Positions 19,847-28,982 of a stretch of DNA of 64,000 nucleotides are shown in pieces. Below the pieces are notes generated by a model. That model had not been told where the DNA came from and made no database searches. It worked only from the letters and a program-made list of their open reading frames with translations. Origin of the DNA: Candidatus Aenigmatarchaeota archaeon (GTDB taxonomy: Archaea > Aenigmatarchaeota > Aenigmatarchaeia > Aenigmatarchaeales > JACQIB01). The stretch is from the NCBI GenBank assembly GCA_016198755.1, contig JACQIB010000005.1, positions 160,001 to 224,000 on the forward strand. Direction: 5' to 3'. The position numbers were made by a program, and so were the translations under genes. Every line of letters starts with the position of its first letter. Within the stretch, counting starts at the first letter, position 1.

Positions 19847-20338
19847 ATGGTTGTTGAGCTGATACCTTTGGACTGGATTCCTATTGTACAGCTATATGGA
19901 CCGCTGGGTCTTTTTGTATGGAACTTTATATCAGGTTCTATCATTCCACTGAGCAATGAGATACCTATTGTGGGTGCAACAGCATTTTTAGATCCTTTAA
20001 CAATTTTTATTTACTCTACTCTTGGAACATGGGTTGGGGGACTTACAAACTATTATATTGGATATAAAGGGATAAACACATGGTGGGCAAAGAGAGACCC
20101 AAGAGCAGAAGCAAAGGCACAGAAGTTTTTCAAAAAATGGGGAGATATTTTATATCTTGGTGCCTCGGAAATACCGTTTATAGGAGATCCGCTGCTTATT
20201 GTGGCTGGGGCTGCAAAAGCTGACTTCAAAAGATTTGCTGTTCTTACTTTAGTTGGAAAGGGAATAAAAGTTGCACTTTTTGTTTTGGCTGGAAGGCTTA
20301 TTTTAGGCTGGTTTGGAGTGCCAATACCTATCGTATAA
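19847..20338 (+). CDS. DedA/YqaA (VTT-domain) membrane protein
   Basis: GGLTNYYIG and PFIGDPLLIVAG. Confidence 0.85.
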   Translation: MVVELIPLDWIPIVQLYGPLGLFVWNFISGSIIPLSNEIPIVGATAFLDPLTIFIYSTLGTWVGGLTNYYIGYKGINTWWAKRDPRAEAKAQKFFKKWGDILYLGASEIPFIGDPLLIVAGAAKADFKRFAVLTLVGKGIKVALFVLAGRLILGWFGVPIPIV

Positions 20339-20765
20339 TCTTTAGGCTGGAACCTATTTTTATATTGTTTTTGGCTGTGAACCCGCCTGGAGCTTCGAGA
20401 ATATACTTTGCACCTGTTGGGGGGGAATATACTGGACAATCTGCAATTTTGCATGGAACCATTTTTTGAATATATACAACTTTCAAATCCTGCGATATCC
20501 AGATAGCATCCAGATCATAGTATACATTTTTCATCCATAAACTATACTTATCCTCTTTATTGAAAACAAAGAACATACCCTCTGGAAGAACTGCCCTGTA
20601 CATTAATCCTGTTTCCTGATCCTGCTCTGTTTGTGCAAGTTCAGCATTTACTCTTATACCATTGTCAAATTCCAGAACCACACTTTCTTTTTTTGGAAAA
20701 ATAAATATCATGGAAACCGTTAGAAGTATGGCTATTCCTACTATAGCAAACAAAACCTTTTTCAT
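20328..20765 (-). CDS. DUF192 family protein
   Basis: GLMYR, GMFFVF, WMKN and YILEAPGG. Confidence 0.9.
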   Translation of the reverse strand: MKKVLFAIVGIAILLTVSMIFIFPKKESVVLEFDNGIRVNAELAQTEQDQETGLMYRAVLPEGMFFVFNKEDKYSLWMKNVYYDLDAIWISQDLKVVYIQKMVPCKIADCPVYSPPTGAKYILEAPGGFTAKNNIKIGSSLKIIR

Positions 20766-20802
20766 GCAACCTATTTATCAATTGAAGGGTTAAATAGGTT
20801 TC

Positions 20803-20820
20803 GGGCCCGTGGTCTAGCGG
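20803..20820 (+). pseudogene. Orphan tRNA 5' fragment GGGCCCGTGGTCTAGCGG
   Basis: Fits tRNA positions 1 to about 19 (acceptor strand, U8, D-stem strand, D-loop GG); GC-rich island in AT-rich DNA with no anticodon or T arm following. Confidence 0.65.
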
Positions 20821-20883
20821 ATGCTAAATATGTGATGTATAATAAAAATCTATTTATTTGGTCTTGTCCATAGCTTAAATGGA

Positions 20884-21861
20884 ATGATAACAATGAGACT
20901 CTTGATAAAAAACAAAGATGATGTATTCCAAACTTTATTTGAAAGAACCGGCTTGACGCGCGGACAACTTGCAAAAATAATAGGTGTTAGTTACTGGACA
21001 CTAAAACATTGGCTACGGGATTACACTGTACCGGAAAAATATTTCATAAAATTAAGTCATATTTGCCCAGAAATTGAAGATATTGCAATCTGCGAAAAGC
21101 TTCCAGATAACTGGGGTGCTGTTAAGGGTGGTAAAATTTCTTTTTGTAAGAAGAGTAGGTATGCTATACTTAAACAAGCCGAAAGAGCCAGAAATGGTAT
21201 AATATACAAATTTAAATCGCCTCCGTTTAATAGAGATTTCTGCGAATTTTATGGAATATTGCTAGGAGATGGTTGTGTATTCAAATTTTTTGTAAAGAGT
21301 GAGAATCGTACCAGATATAGTGTTTCTGTAAGCGGTAATAGTATTAATGATTTAGAGTATTTCAAAAATAATATTTTACCATTAGTTAATCGCCTCTTTG
21401 GGTTGTCACCATCTATCATATATTATAGCTCTTGTAATGGTATTAGAATTGATATTAGATATAAGGTAATGGCAGATGTGTTTTTGAAGCTGGGGTTCCC
21501 TTTAGGAAAGAAAAAAGAACTTTCTATACCAAATAAGATTCTAAATTCTGGCATGATAAATATAAACAGGACAATAAGAGGTTTATTTGACACTGATGGT
21601 TGTTTTTTTGCAAGAAAAGATGAAAACTATCTCTATCCTCATATTATGATAACGAGTTATAGTGCAAACTTGCGTAACCAGCTCGTAGAAATTTTAAAAA
21701 GACAAAACTTTCGTCCCTATATACACTCTACAAATGTAGTTATACGAGGGAAGAAAAATATTATAAAATGGTTTGGTAAGATAGGATCGTCTCACCCTCA
21801 AATATTAAATAGATATAAGACATGGAAGCTTACAGGAAGATTATTGCCAAAGGGCCCATAG
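20884..21861 (+). CDS. Free-standing double-motif LAGLIDADG endonuclease with N-terminal HTH
   Basis: EFYGILLGDG and IRGLFDTDG motifs; LTRGQLAKIIGVSYWTLKHW HTH; no intein splice residues. Confidence 0.9.
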   Translation: MITMRLLIKNKDDVFQTLFERTGLTRGQLAKIIGVSYWTLKHWLRDYTVPEKYFIKLSHICPEIEDIAICEKLPDNWGAVKGGKISFCKKSRYAILKQAERARNGIIYKFKSPPFNRDFCEFYGILLGDGCVFKFFVKSENRTRYSVSVSGNSINDLEYFKNNILPLVNRLFGLSPSIIYYSSCNGIRIDIRYKVMADVFLKLGFPLGKKKELSIPNKILNSGMININRTIRGLFDTDGCFFARKDENYLYPHIMITSYSANLRNQLVEILKRQNFRPYIHSTNVVIRGKKNIIKWFGKIGSSHPQILNRYKTWKLTGRLLPKGP

Positions 21862-21927
21862 ATCAATTGGAAGATCGCTACCTTCGCAAGGTAGAGGCTC
21901 CGGGTTCAAATCCCGGTGGGTCCACCA
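21852..21927 (+). tRNA. tRNA-Ala(CGC)
   Basis: Cloverleaf: GGGCCCA/TGGGTCC with G3:U70, D stem GATC/GATC, CTACC-TTCGCAA-GGTAG, TTCAAAT T loop, encoded CCA. Confidence 0.97.
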
Positions 21928-21940
21928 CAAACTTTAGAAA

Positions 21941-22894
21941 TTAATTAACAACATTTGTAGGTACATCACGAAGGAAGCTTTCTATATTGCTAATGAATGT
22001 CTCCTGTTTATTCAATCTTGCCTCTTTTGTTGCAAATGCAAGTGGGGGGTAAAGCACGCAATTTTTATAGTTTGATAGGGTTTTTATCAAATCTGGTAAC
22101 ATCTCATCTGTATGGTCTGCAATATAAACCATATCATTTTTTGCAAGCCTACTTTCCAGAGCAGAGAAATCTATAAGCTCGTTCGGTGATAGATTTACAA
22201 AAATTGCACCGGGCTTTATTTTTCTTATTTTGACTTCGTTCATGAAGAGGTTTGTATCTTTATTCCATGGAAGGTTTATAGATAAAAAATCTGACTCTGC
22301 CAATAGTCTGTCTATATCTTTATACTTTATTCCCTTTTGTTCTGCCTCAGGCTTCCTGTTTCTAGACCAATAATATACATTTGCACCAAATGCTAGAGCC
22401 AGCTCAGCAATCCTATAACCTATCCTTCCTAGCCCTATCACACCAAAGTTCTTTCTCATTATCTCGTATATAGGGAATTTTGGAACCTCGGAAAAATCCC
22501 CCTCACGCGCAAGTTGTTTTGAGCGCTCCAGGTCGCGTATATATTCTAAAATTGCACCAATGGCAAATTCCGCAACAGCTTCTGTACTAAAACCTGGGAT
22601 ATTGCAAATTGGAATATTTTTCGTTTTTGCATACTCTGGTTCTGCTTTCCCATAAGCTGTGGAGTATACACCAATATATCTTAGATTTGGAGCTGCATCA
22701 ATAAACTCCCTCGTAATAGGTACTGCAAATATGTTTGACAAAAGACAGTCTGCTCCCCGTAATTCTTCTACTATGTTTTGGCTGTCTTTTCCTAGTTTTA
22801 CAATATTATTCCCAAGGGAGTCGAGCCTTTGCCAATGCTCAGAATCTAAGAGTGCATCAGAAAAACCCAGCATTACTATTTTTTTAAATGTCAT
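21941..22894 (-). CDS. D-isomer-specific 2-hydroxyacid dehydrogenase family protein
   Basis: GVIGLGRIG Rossmann motif and STEAVAE; catalytic motifs look divergent. Confidence 0.85.
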   Translation of the reverse strand: MTFKKIVMLGFSDALLDSEHWQRLDSLGNNIVKLGKDSQNIVEELRGADCLLSNIFAVPITREFIDAAPNLRYIGVYSTAYGKAEPEYAKTKNIPICNIPGFSTEAVAEFAIGAILEYIRDLERSKQLAREGDFSEVPKFPIYEIMRKNFGVIGLGRIGYRIAELALAFGANVYYWSRNRKPEAEQKGIKYKDIDRLLAESDFLSINLPWNKDTNLFMNEVKIRKIKPGAIFVNLSPNELIDFSALESRLAKNDMVYIADHTDEMLPDLIKTLSNYKNCVLYPPLAFATKEARLNKQETFISNIESFLRDVPTNVVN

Positions 22895-22944
22895 ATTATA
22901 TACTTCATATTAAAGCTTTTAAGCTTTTCGAATTTGCGATTGGT

Positions 22945-23193
22945 TTATTTCAGCCTTCTTAACAGGTAGTTGTAAGCCACTGCAAAGATGTAGCCGAAAG
23001 CCAGTGCCATTGCTAATGTTCCAATCAAGCCATATGCCATTAGAGCTGGACTTGACCAGAAGCCTGGATAAAGCAGGTTTACCATAGATGGTTGTTGCAT
23101 AAGTCCATGGTATACATAGCCTGCCAGATCCATTAGGAATGTTACTGCTGCAAGTGCTACTGCCATAGCTTTCGGATTTATTTCATTTCCCAT
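22945..23193 (-). CDS. Small two-TM membrane protein
   Basis: Two hydrophobic helices; start at MGNEIN after GGGGTGA; the longer tracked ORF overlaps the tRNA. Confidence 0.7.
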   Translation of the reverse strand: MGNEINPKAMAVALAAVTFLMDLAGYVYHGLMQQPSMVNLLYPGFWSSPALMAYGLIGTLAMALAFGYIFAVAYNYLLRRLK

Positions 23194-23259
23194 GTTCTTC
23201 ACCCCCAGAAATATTGGGTTGTTCTTACCTTTAAAAATATGCGGCACAAACACTGAAAC

Positions 23260-23392
23260 GGCCCGATGGCTCAGACTGGTTAGAGCACCACACTGATAAT
23301 GTGGGGGTCGAGAGTTCAAAGCTCAGGGGGACGTTTCCCCCTACAGCCCTACCCCCTCTTGGTGGAGCTGGAAAATCTCTCTCGGGCCACCA
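23260..23392 (+). tRNA. tRNA-Ile(GAU) with a ~55-nt T-loop intron (about 23321-23375)
   Basis: GGCCCGA/TCGGGCC acceptor stem, CCACA-CTGATAA-TGTGG, T stem GAGAG/CTCTC split by an insert, encoded CCA. Confidence 0.93.
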
Positions 23393-23449
23393 CTTAATCT
23401 TTTACCGGAAACTTCTGCTGGGAGTATAACACTGTTATATTAGTGGACC

Positions 23450-23791
23450 TTGTATAGCGATTTGCGCTTCATAAGGAGTTTAAATAATGAGCAAGAGTTT
23501 TGCTGTATGTTAGATGGTGTGTGGTATTTGGGACAAACCATAGATGCTCCTTTGAAAAATGGAAGAAAAACCCCAGTTCACCTATATTCCGAGGGAAGTG
23601 ATCCAAAGCCATTTGGAAGCTATGCTGATGCAGCAGCAATGGCCATGAAATTTAATAGCGGACACTGGGAAGGACAACCAACAACAGGGGGCTCATGGAC
23701 TGTTTATAGTATGAAAGAACTGAAAGGAATGAAAATTACAAACCCACCGGCAAGGCCAAGGTCTGCTGCTGAAATACCGGATCTAGAATAG
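23450..23791 (+). CDS. Hypothetical protein
   Basis: ORF fills the gap; true start may be ATG at about 23507. Confidence 0.5.
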   Translation: MYSDLRFIRSLNNEQEFCCMLDGVWYLGQTIDAPLKNGRKTPVHLYSEGSDPKPFGSYADAAAMAMKFNSGHWEGQPTTGGSWTVYSMKELKGMKITNPPARPRSAAEIPDLE

Positions 23792-23801
23792 TGCTTTATA
23801 G

Positions 23802-25190
23802 TTAAGGAGCCACACCAAATATCCTCTTGATTAAGTTGATAAGATCCTGCAGAAGCTTTGCAAAAGTATTTATACATGCCCCATCACTGCAGCCGTTTGG
23901 ACAGGTTGTTTTATAGCTCAAAACTTGATTACCCTGACAATAGTATTCTGTTAAATTATTCTCTGCGCAGCTGTCTTCAGATATGCTGCCGTCTATTCCC
24001 ACAACAACCCCGCGTTCAGAAACTGATATGCCCTTATCGCTGTCTGTACAAATCTGTGATTGTGGAAGAGAAAGTGTTGTCTGGCTTGCCCCAGGGGTAG
24101 CACAAACAGAATTAAGACAGTATCCGCTTAAACAATAATTATGAGTTGAACATGGATATCCGTCTGGCGCAGTGCCCCTTATTGTAGTTGGGAAGAGAGT
24201 TGTTGTGGTTTGTCCAGCAGCTGTGGTTGTTGTCTGGATTGTAGTGGTTGTAACACTGGTCGCACCTGGACCAGCACCGCCTGCACCACCGGAAGTGGTT
24301 TGTGTCACACCACCGGAAGTTGTGGTTGTTGTGTTCGTGCAGACAGAACTGACAGAATTCCATATACATCCAGCAGCTCCGCAGCTCAATGAACCACATG
24401 CTGTACAGTTAGCAAGTGAGCAGGGAATTGTTGTTGTAGTTGTTGTTATAGTTGTGCTGGTTGTGGTTGTCGTAGTAGTTGTTGTAGTTCCGCCTGAGGA
24501 AAGGTAATAAGACGTTATTTCGCTATCACCTAAAGATCTGTTGTAAATTTTTAAGTCATCTATATCAGTATCCACTGCTGTGTCTCCAATTATTATGTCA
24601 ACGTGAGGCATTGCCGTGGGCTCAGCGTATTCACCCCCAGAACTTGAGTGAATCAATTGGGTATCAAGATAATAAGCTGCACTGTTAGCATCCCTTTTGA
24701 ATACAACATGGTGCCACTGGCCATGTGTCATGTTGTTTGGATTGCTTACTTGTCTCCAATAACCTGTAGAGCTGCTTCCAAAACCTGCTATTACAGGACC
24801 AAAATTATATTGGTTCCATAATTGCCTGAATATATAGAAATTATAATTTGTTGGACCGTTCCCTTTGTACACTAGATTCTGTGCAAAGCTTTGGTCTGAG
24901 CGCTGCCTGAACCAGAAGGAAATTGTATATGTCTGTAAATCGAAAGAACTGTTATAGGGAATTTTTAGCCAGTCTGAAGCTGAAGGAATATAAGCATAAC
25001 TTCCTACCTGCCCGCCTGATTTGTAGGAAACTCCACCTATAATTGCAGCAGCTGCTCCGCCGGAAACTTCGTTGTTCCCGTTCCCGTCAAACTTCCAGTA
25101 TCCCACTAATCCGTCTTCAGCTAAAACTGAAGTTGAAAGAACGGAAATGGAAATTAGAAGAGTGAAAGCTACAATAAACTTGTTTTTCAT
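23802..25190 (-). CDS. Secreted LamG/concanavalin-like domain protein with Thr-rich linker and Cys-rich modules
   Basis: Signal peptide, LVGYWKFDG, WHHVV, IDDLKIYNRSL, poly-Thr and CTDSD...CPNGCSDGAC. Confidence 0.88.
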   Translation of the reverse strand: MKNKFIVAFTLLISISVLSTSVLAEDGLVGYWKFDGNGNNEVSGGAAAAIIGGVSYKSGGQVGSYAYIPSASDWLKIPYNSSFDLQTYTISFWFRQRSDQSFAQNLVYKGNGPTNYNFYIFRQLWNQYNFGPVIAGFGSSSTGYWRQVSNPNNMTHGQWHHVVFKRDANSAAYYLDTQLIHSSSGGEYAEPTAMPHVDIIIGDTAVDTDIDDLKIYNRSLGDSEITSYYLSSGGTTTTTTTTTTSTTITTTTTTIPCSLANCTACGSLSCGAAGCIWNSVSSVCTNTTTTTSGGVTQTTSGGAGGAGPGATSVTTTTIQTTTTAAGQTTTTLFPTTIRGTAPDGYPCSTHNYCLSGYCLNSVCATPGASQTTLSLPQSQICTDSDKGISVSERGVVVGIDGSISEDSCAENNLTEYYCQGNQVLSYKTTCPNGCSDGACINTFAKLLQDLINLIKRIFGVAP

Positions 25191-25227
25191 AATTCTAATG
25201 GTAAAAACCAGTATATAAACGCTTCCC

Positions 25228-25650
25228 TTATAGATTTTCGATTTTAACTCTCTTGGAAAATTCAGCCCCGGAAAGTTTCTTGTCTAGGAAAGATAAAATA
25301 TCGGGTACAGTTGCCGTGAACTGGGCAGAAGGTTTCTGGCTTTTGAAAATAGTTACTACAACATCCTTGGATTTGGGAGAAACGCGCGCAGCAGCCCCAA
25401 ATGTGAAATATGCTGAAACTGCAGAATCCATTCCTGCTGGAAGCTCATATGCAACCTTTACTCCGCTGTCTGTAACATCAACAAGAGCATCATCTATTCC
25501 GCCGGAATAAAGGGCTGCAAAGAGCTCTGTGCTGCGGGAATCCAGCTCTGGAAGGGGTTCTGGTTTGGACATGTATAGATAAGAAAATAATCCTGCTACA
25601 GCAATAACAATAATCACAGCCAATGCCAAGATTACTTTTTTCCACTTCAT
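25228..25650 (-). CDS. Membrane-anchored hypothetical protein
   Basis: N-terminal TM; tightly coupled to the upstream gene. Confidence 0.7.
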   Translation of the reverse strand: MKWKKVILALAVIIVIAVAGLFSYLYMSKPEPLPELDSRSTELFAALYSGGIDDALVDVTDSGVKVAYELPAGMDSAVSAYFTFGAAARVSPKSKDVVVTIFKSQKPSAQFTATVPDILSFLDKKLSGAEFSKRVKIENL

Positions 25651-25652
25651 GT

Positions 25653-27506
25653 TTATCTACCTATACTGTACGAGAATGTCCCGCTTACAGAAGCCCCGCG
25701 CGCAGCCCCCATATAAAGAACCCCGGTTGGCTGGTAACTGGAAACAAATCCCATTCCCGTGTATGTTGGGGCATAAACTGGCTGGCGCTGCACAACTGAA
25801 TATATATAGCTGGGGGGCTGGGTATAGATGCCAGCGTTCTGTGAATATCTATTTGTATTGTAACTCATGTATCCTTGAGAACGTGCGTTCCCATATCCAT
25901 AATCAACTCCATACGAATTTACAAAAGTAACATGATTTTGGTTTGCTGGAACGAGATATGTTGTGCCGCGCGCATTTGTTGTTAGAGTTGCTGGGGATCC
26001 CATGTATGTAACCTGCTTTGTCTCTCCTGTCCTCACAACAAAAGCTGGAGGGTTCTGGCTCCTGCTTACCCCATCTATTGCGCCAAATCCTATCAGCAAA
26101 GCTGGGCTGTTTATGTCCCTGTTTATCCTCCCGTCTACAAGAGCTTTCAGAAATGTGCCTGCAATATCTTTGGAAGCTGTTATTTCATCTAGGGTGGTTT
26201 GCCTCATTGACATTGTCATCTCAGCTCTCTGCGGCTCCTTCACAAGCTGTGTTAGTGTTATCTCTCCATTCATCATGGATAGTAGAACAATCTTTTCACC
26301 TTTGCTGGAGCGCAAAATGAAATTTATCTTAAGCGTACTGAAGAAGTTCCTTACAACTGAAGGCACTTTATCCAGATTTTTATTATAGGTATTTGCAAAT
26401 GTATTTATCCTGTCTATCGTAATCCTATCAACATCAACGCCAAGCTTGCCAATGCAGCCATCCTCTATTGACGCTTTTTTCTTTTCAAGGTTTTCCTTTT
26501 CCCATCTCTGCATACTAGTAGAAGCCACCTTTGTTTCTATATCTGAAATCCTGCTTTCACAAGAAGCCTTCAGGGCTTTTTTAGTGTTCTCATCAAAATT
26601 ACCAAGATTTATCAGGGCTTCCCATGGATTTTCCTTTAGTTTTATCCCTTTTACATTATTTGGGATAGAATCCACTTTTTCCGTACATTCCTTCAGGACT
26701 TTCTCCCTCTCTTCCTGTGTTTTCGCGTTCTTCAGCCTCTCCTGACAGTCTAAAAGAGTTGTTATCAGCGCTTTTTTCCAGAGGTTGTCTACCTCCTCTG
26801 TTACATTCTGGGAACCTTCAGAGACTAAGCCCGAATATCCAAACTGCAGGCACTCGTATATTACCTTCATTTTTTCATCAACAGCCTGCTGCCTTTCAGC
26901 CTCGTTTTTGGCGTTGTCTACTTTTTCCTGTGCGTCCTTAATCTTTTCCTCACACCCCTTTACCCATGCATCAAAGCCTGCAACAGACCAGGGATCACTA
27001 GAACCTCCAATCCTTCCTATTGGAGGAGTTCTCCTCTCATCTACAACACCGCTCTGTGAAAATTGCTGGCACTCAAGAACTTTTTCCATTATTTTGTCTT
27101 CTATTGCAGCCTTTTCCTTGGATGTCTTTGCGTTTGCAGCTTGGCCCTTCAGGTCCTCAATTGCTGATTCGCAGCACATGAACATATTGTCAGTTATTTT
27201 ATCCCCCCAGTCTTTGAAGTTGTCCCCGCTGGAAAAAGAATCGTCTACAGTATAGGCTGCGCAGGCCATTTTTTCATCAAGCAGCCCTTTACAAACCTCA
27301 GCTGCCGCTCCATGATTCCCTGCAGCACGCGCATCTTTTGCCTGCGCCTCTTTCTTCTCTATGCTCTCCTTGCAGGCGTTGTAATCAGCAGCTTTTTCTG
27401 ATTGGGATTTTTCACTGATTTTTCCAACATCCACATTTCCTGCCTGCGCTAAAACAAAACCGGGAACAACCAAAGCAAGAACCAAAATTATAATAAGCTT
27501 TTTCAT
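25653..27506 (-). CDS. Secreted helical Cys-containing protein with a possible SCP2-like domain
   Basis: Signal peptide MKKLIIIL; helical K/E-rich repeats with spaced Cys; Y/G/T-rich tail. Confidence 0.7.
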   Translation of the reverse strand: MKKLIIILVLALVVPGFVLAQAGNVDVGKISEKSQSEKAADYNACKESIEKKEAQAKDARAAGNHGAAAEVCKGLLDEKMACAAYTVDDSFSSGDNFKDWGDKITDNMFMCCESAIEDLKGQAANAKTSKEKAAIEDKIMEKVLECQQFSQSGVVDERRTPPIGRIGGSSDPWSVAGFDAWVKGCEEKIKDAQEKVDNAKNEAERQQAVDEKMKVIYECLQFGYSGLVSEGSQNVTEEVDNLWKKALITTLLDCQERLKNAKTQEEREKVLKECTEKVDSIPNNVKGIKLKENPWEALINLGNFDENTKKALKASCESRISDIETKVASTSMQRWEKENLEKKKASIEDGCIGKLGVDVDRITIDRINTFANTYNKNLDKVPSVVRNFFSTLKINFILRSSKGEKIVLLSMMNGEITLTQLVKEPQRAEMTMSMRQTTLDEITASKDIAGTFLKALVDGRINRDINSPALLIGFGAIDGVSRSQNPPAFVVRTGETKQVTYMGSPATLTTNARGTTYLVPANQNHVTFVNSYGVDYGYGNARSQGYMSYNTNRYSQNAGIYTQPPSYIYSVVQRQPVYAPTYTGMGFVSSYQPTGVLYMGAARGASVSGTFSYSIGR

Positions 27507-27543
27507 CAAAAGAATTTCGTAAGGCTGGTATATAAACGTTGGC

Positions 27544-28950
27544 TTAATGCACAAGCTCTTCCAGTATTTCCTCCTCTATTTTTTCTTTCAGCTTAAACTC
27601 TTCTGTGAGTTTCAGTTTCTTCCATTTACCCTGCCAGAACAAAAAGTAGGAAAACGCTGCGCCGAAAATGTTGGAGATTGCAAAACCATAATAAATTCCG
27701 CTCTCTGCAAGGGCTGTGAAATGGGATAGGTAGTAGGAAAGCGGTATTCTGACTATCCAAAGGGTTAGGATAGCCATTGCTAAAGCAAGTACCATGCTGC
27801 CGGAACCGCGGAGTGTTCCCAGAAAAGTTTGTAAAATCCCGAAAAATCCCATGGAAAGTGCAACAATCCTTATGTAGAGAGCTGCGTTTGTGCTAACTGC
27901 TGTATTCCCTGGTATGAATATAGAAGCTATTTGTTCGCTTGTGAAAAATAAAACTATGCCTATTGCACTGAGTATAAGAAAAGAATAGAGTGCAGTTGTT
28001 TTTGCTATAGATTCTGCTCTCTCAATTTTTCCTGCTCCAATATTCTGCCCTATTAGTGTAGCACTCGCAAAAGATATGCCCATTGCGGGTATAATAACAA
28101 CTATTGAAATTCTTGCCCATATGCCATAAGAAGCTAAAGCTGTTGTTCCAAAGGCTGCAGCCAGAACAGTTATTGCTGCAATATTTAGGGATATAAGAGT
28201 TTGTTCTAAAGAAGCTGGAAAGCCAAGATAGAACATTTTTTTCATAAGAGTAAAGTCTGGCTTCATATTGGAAAGTTTTATGTGTATTCCGTGTTTCCCG
28301 CCGGATAAAAGAAAGAAACCTATTATTGCTGCTATAGCTTGTGTTGCAACAGTTGCTATTGCTGCACCGGAGACCCCAAATGCCGGTATTGGGCCTAATC
28401 CAAATATTAGTATAGGGTCTACAATAGCATTCAGGCAGACTGCAAGAAGCATGAGGTAGAGGGGTGTTTTAACATTCCCTATTCCCCGCATTAGGGACTG
28501 AAAAGCAAAAAAGTAAAACATAAAAACCATTCCGATAAAGGAAATCTGGATGTAGGAAGTAGCTTGCGGAAGTATGTCTTTTCCTGCACCCATTAGAACG
28601 AGCAGGGGTTCTGATAAAAAGTACCCTAGAATGCTGAGAATAACTGAAAGGAACATAACCAATAAAATTGTTTGTCCTGCCATCCTGTTAACTTCTTTCT
28701 CATCACCCTTTCCTTTGAACTGGGAAACAAGAGTTGTGCCTGCTGTTGTAAAACCCAGTCCAAATGAAAATAACGTAAAAATTATTGGGAAGCTTACTGC
28801 TATTGCTGCCACAGCTTCAGCCCCCAATCTTCCAACCCAGAGTGTATCAACAATCTGAAAAGTTGATTGAAGGATTTGTGTTATTATTATTGGTATGGAC
28901 AGGGCTATTATGGATTTTGCAATAGAACCTTCTGTGAGTTTGTTTTCCAT
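27544..28950 (-). CDS. MATE family efflux transporter
   Basis: LTEGSI, DTLWVGRLG, MRGIGNVKTP and about 12 TM segments. Confidence 0.93.
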   Translation of the reverse strand: MENKLTEGSIAKSIIALSIPIIITQILQSTFQIVDTLWVGRLGAEAVAAIAVSFPIIFTLFSFGLGFTTAGTTLVSQFKGKGDEKEVNRMAGQTILLVMFLSVILSILGYFLSEPLLVLMGAGKDILPQATSYIQISFIGMVFMFYFFAFQSLMRGIGNVKTPLYLMLLAVCLNAIVDPILIFGLGPIPAFGVSGAAIATVATQAIAAIIGFFLLSGGKHGIHIKLSNMKPDFTLMKKMFYLGFPASLEQTLISLNIAAITVLAAAFGTTALASYGIWARISIVVIIPAMGISFASATLIGQNIGAGKIERAESIAKTTALYSFLILSAIGIVLFFTSEQIASIFIPGNTAVSTNAALYIRIVALSMGFFGILQTFLGTLRGSGSMVLALAMAILTLWIVRIPLSYYLSHFTALAESGIYYGFAISNIFGAAFSYFLFWQGKWKKLKLTEEFKLKEKIEEEILEELVH

Positions 28951-28982
28951 GGAGCAGCATAATCTGCAGAGCTTAAATAGAT

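Noticed and set aside
20803-21870. LAGLIDADG ORF as a 1-kb BHB intron inside a tRNA
   Set aside because: No matching BHB helix was found at a 3' junction. Joining the fragment to the tRNA-Ala body gives a mis-registered D stem, and the downstream tRNA is already complete.
24170-24500. Trinucleotide-like GTT/GTA repeats (also near 56860-56960 and 63670-63780)
   Set aside because: They are explained by Thr/Ser-rich protein linkers.
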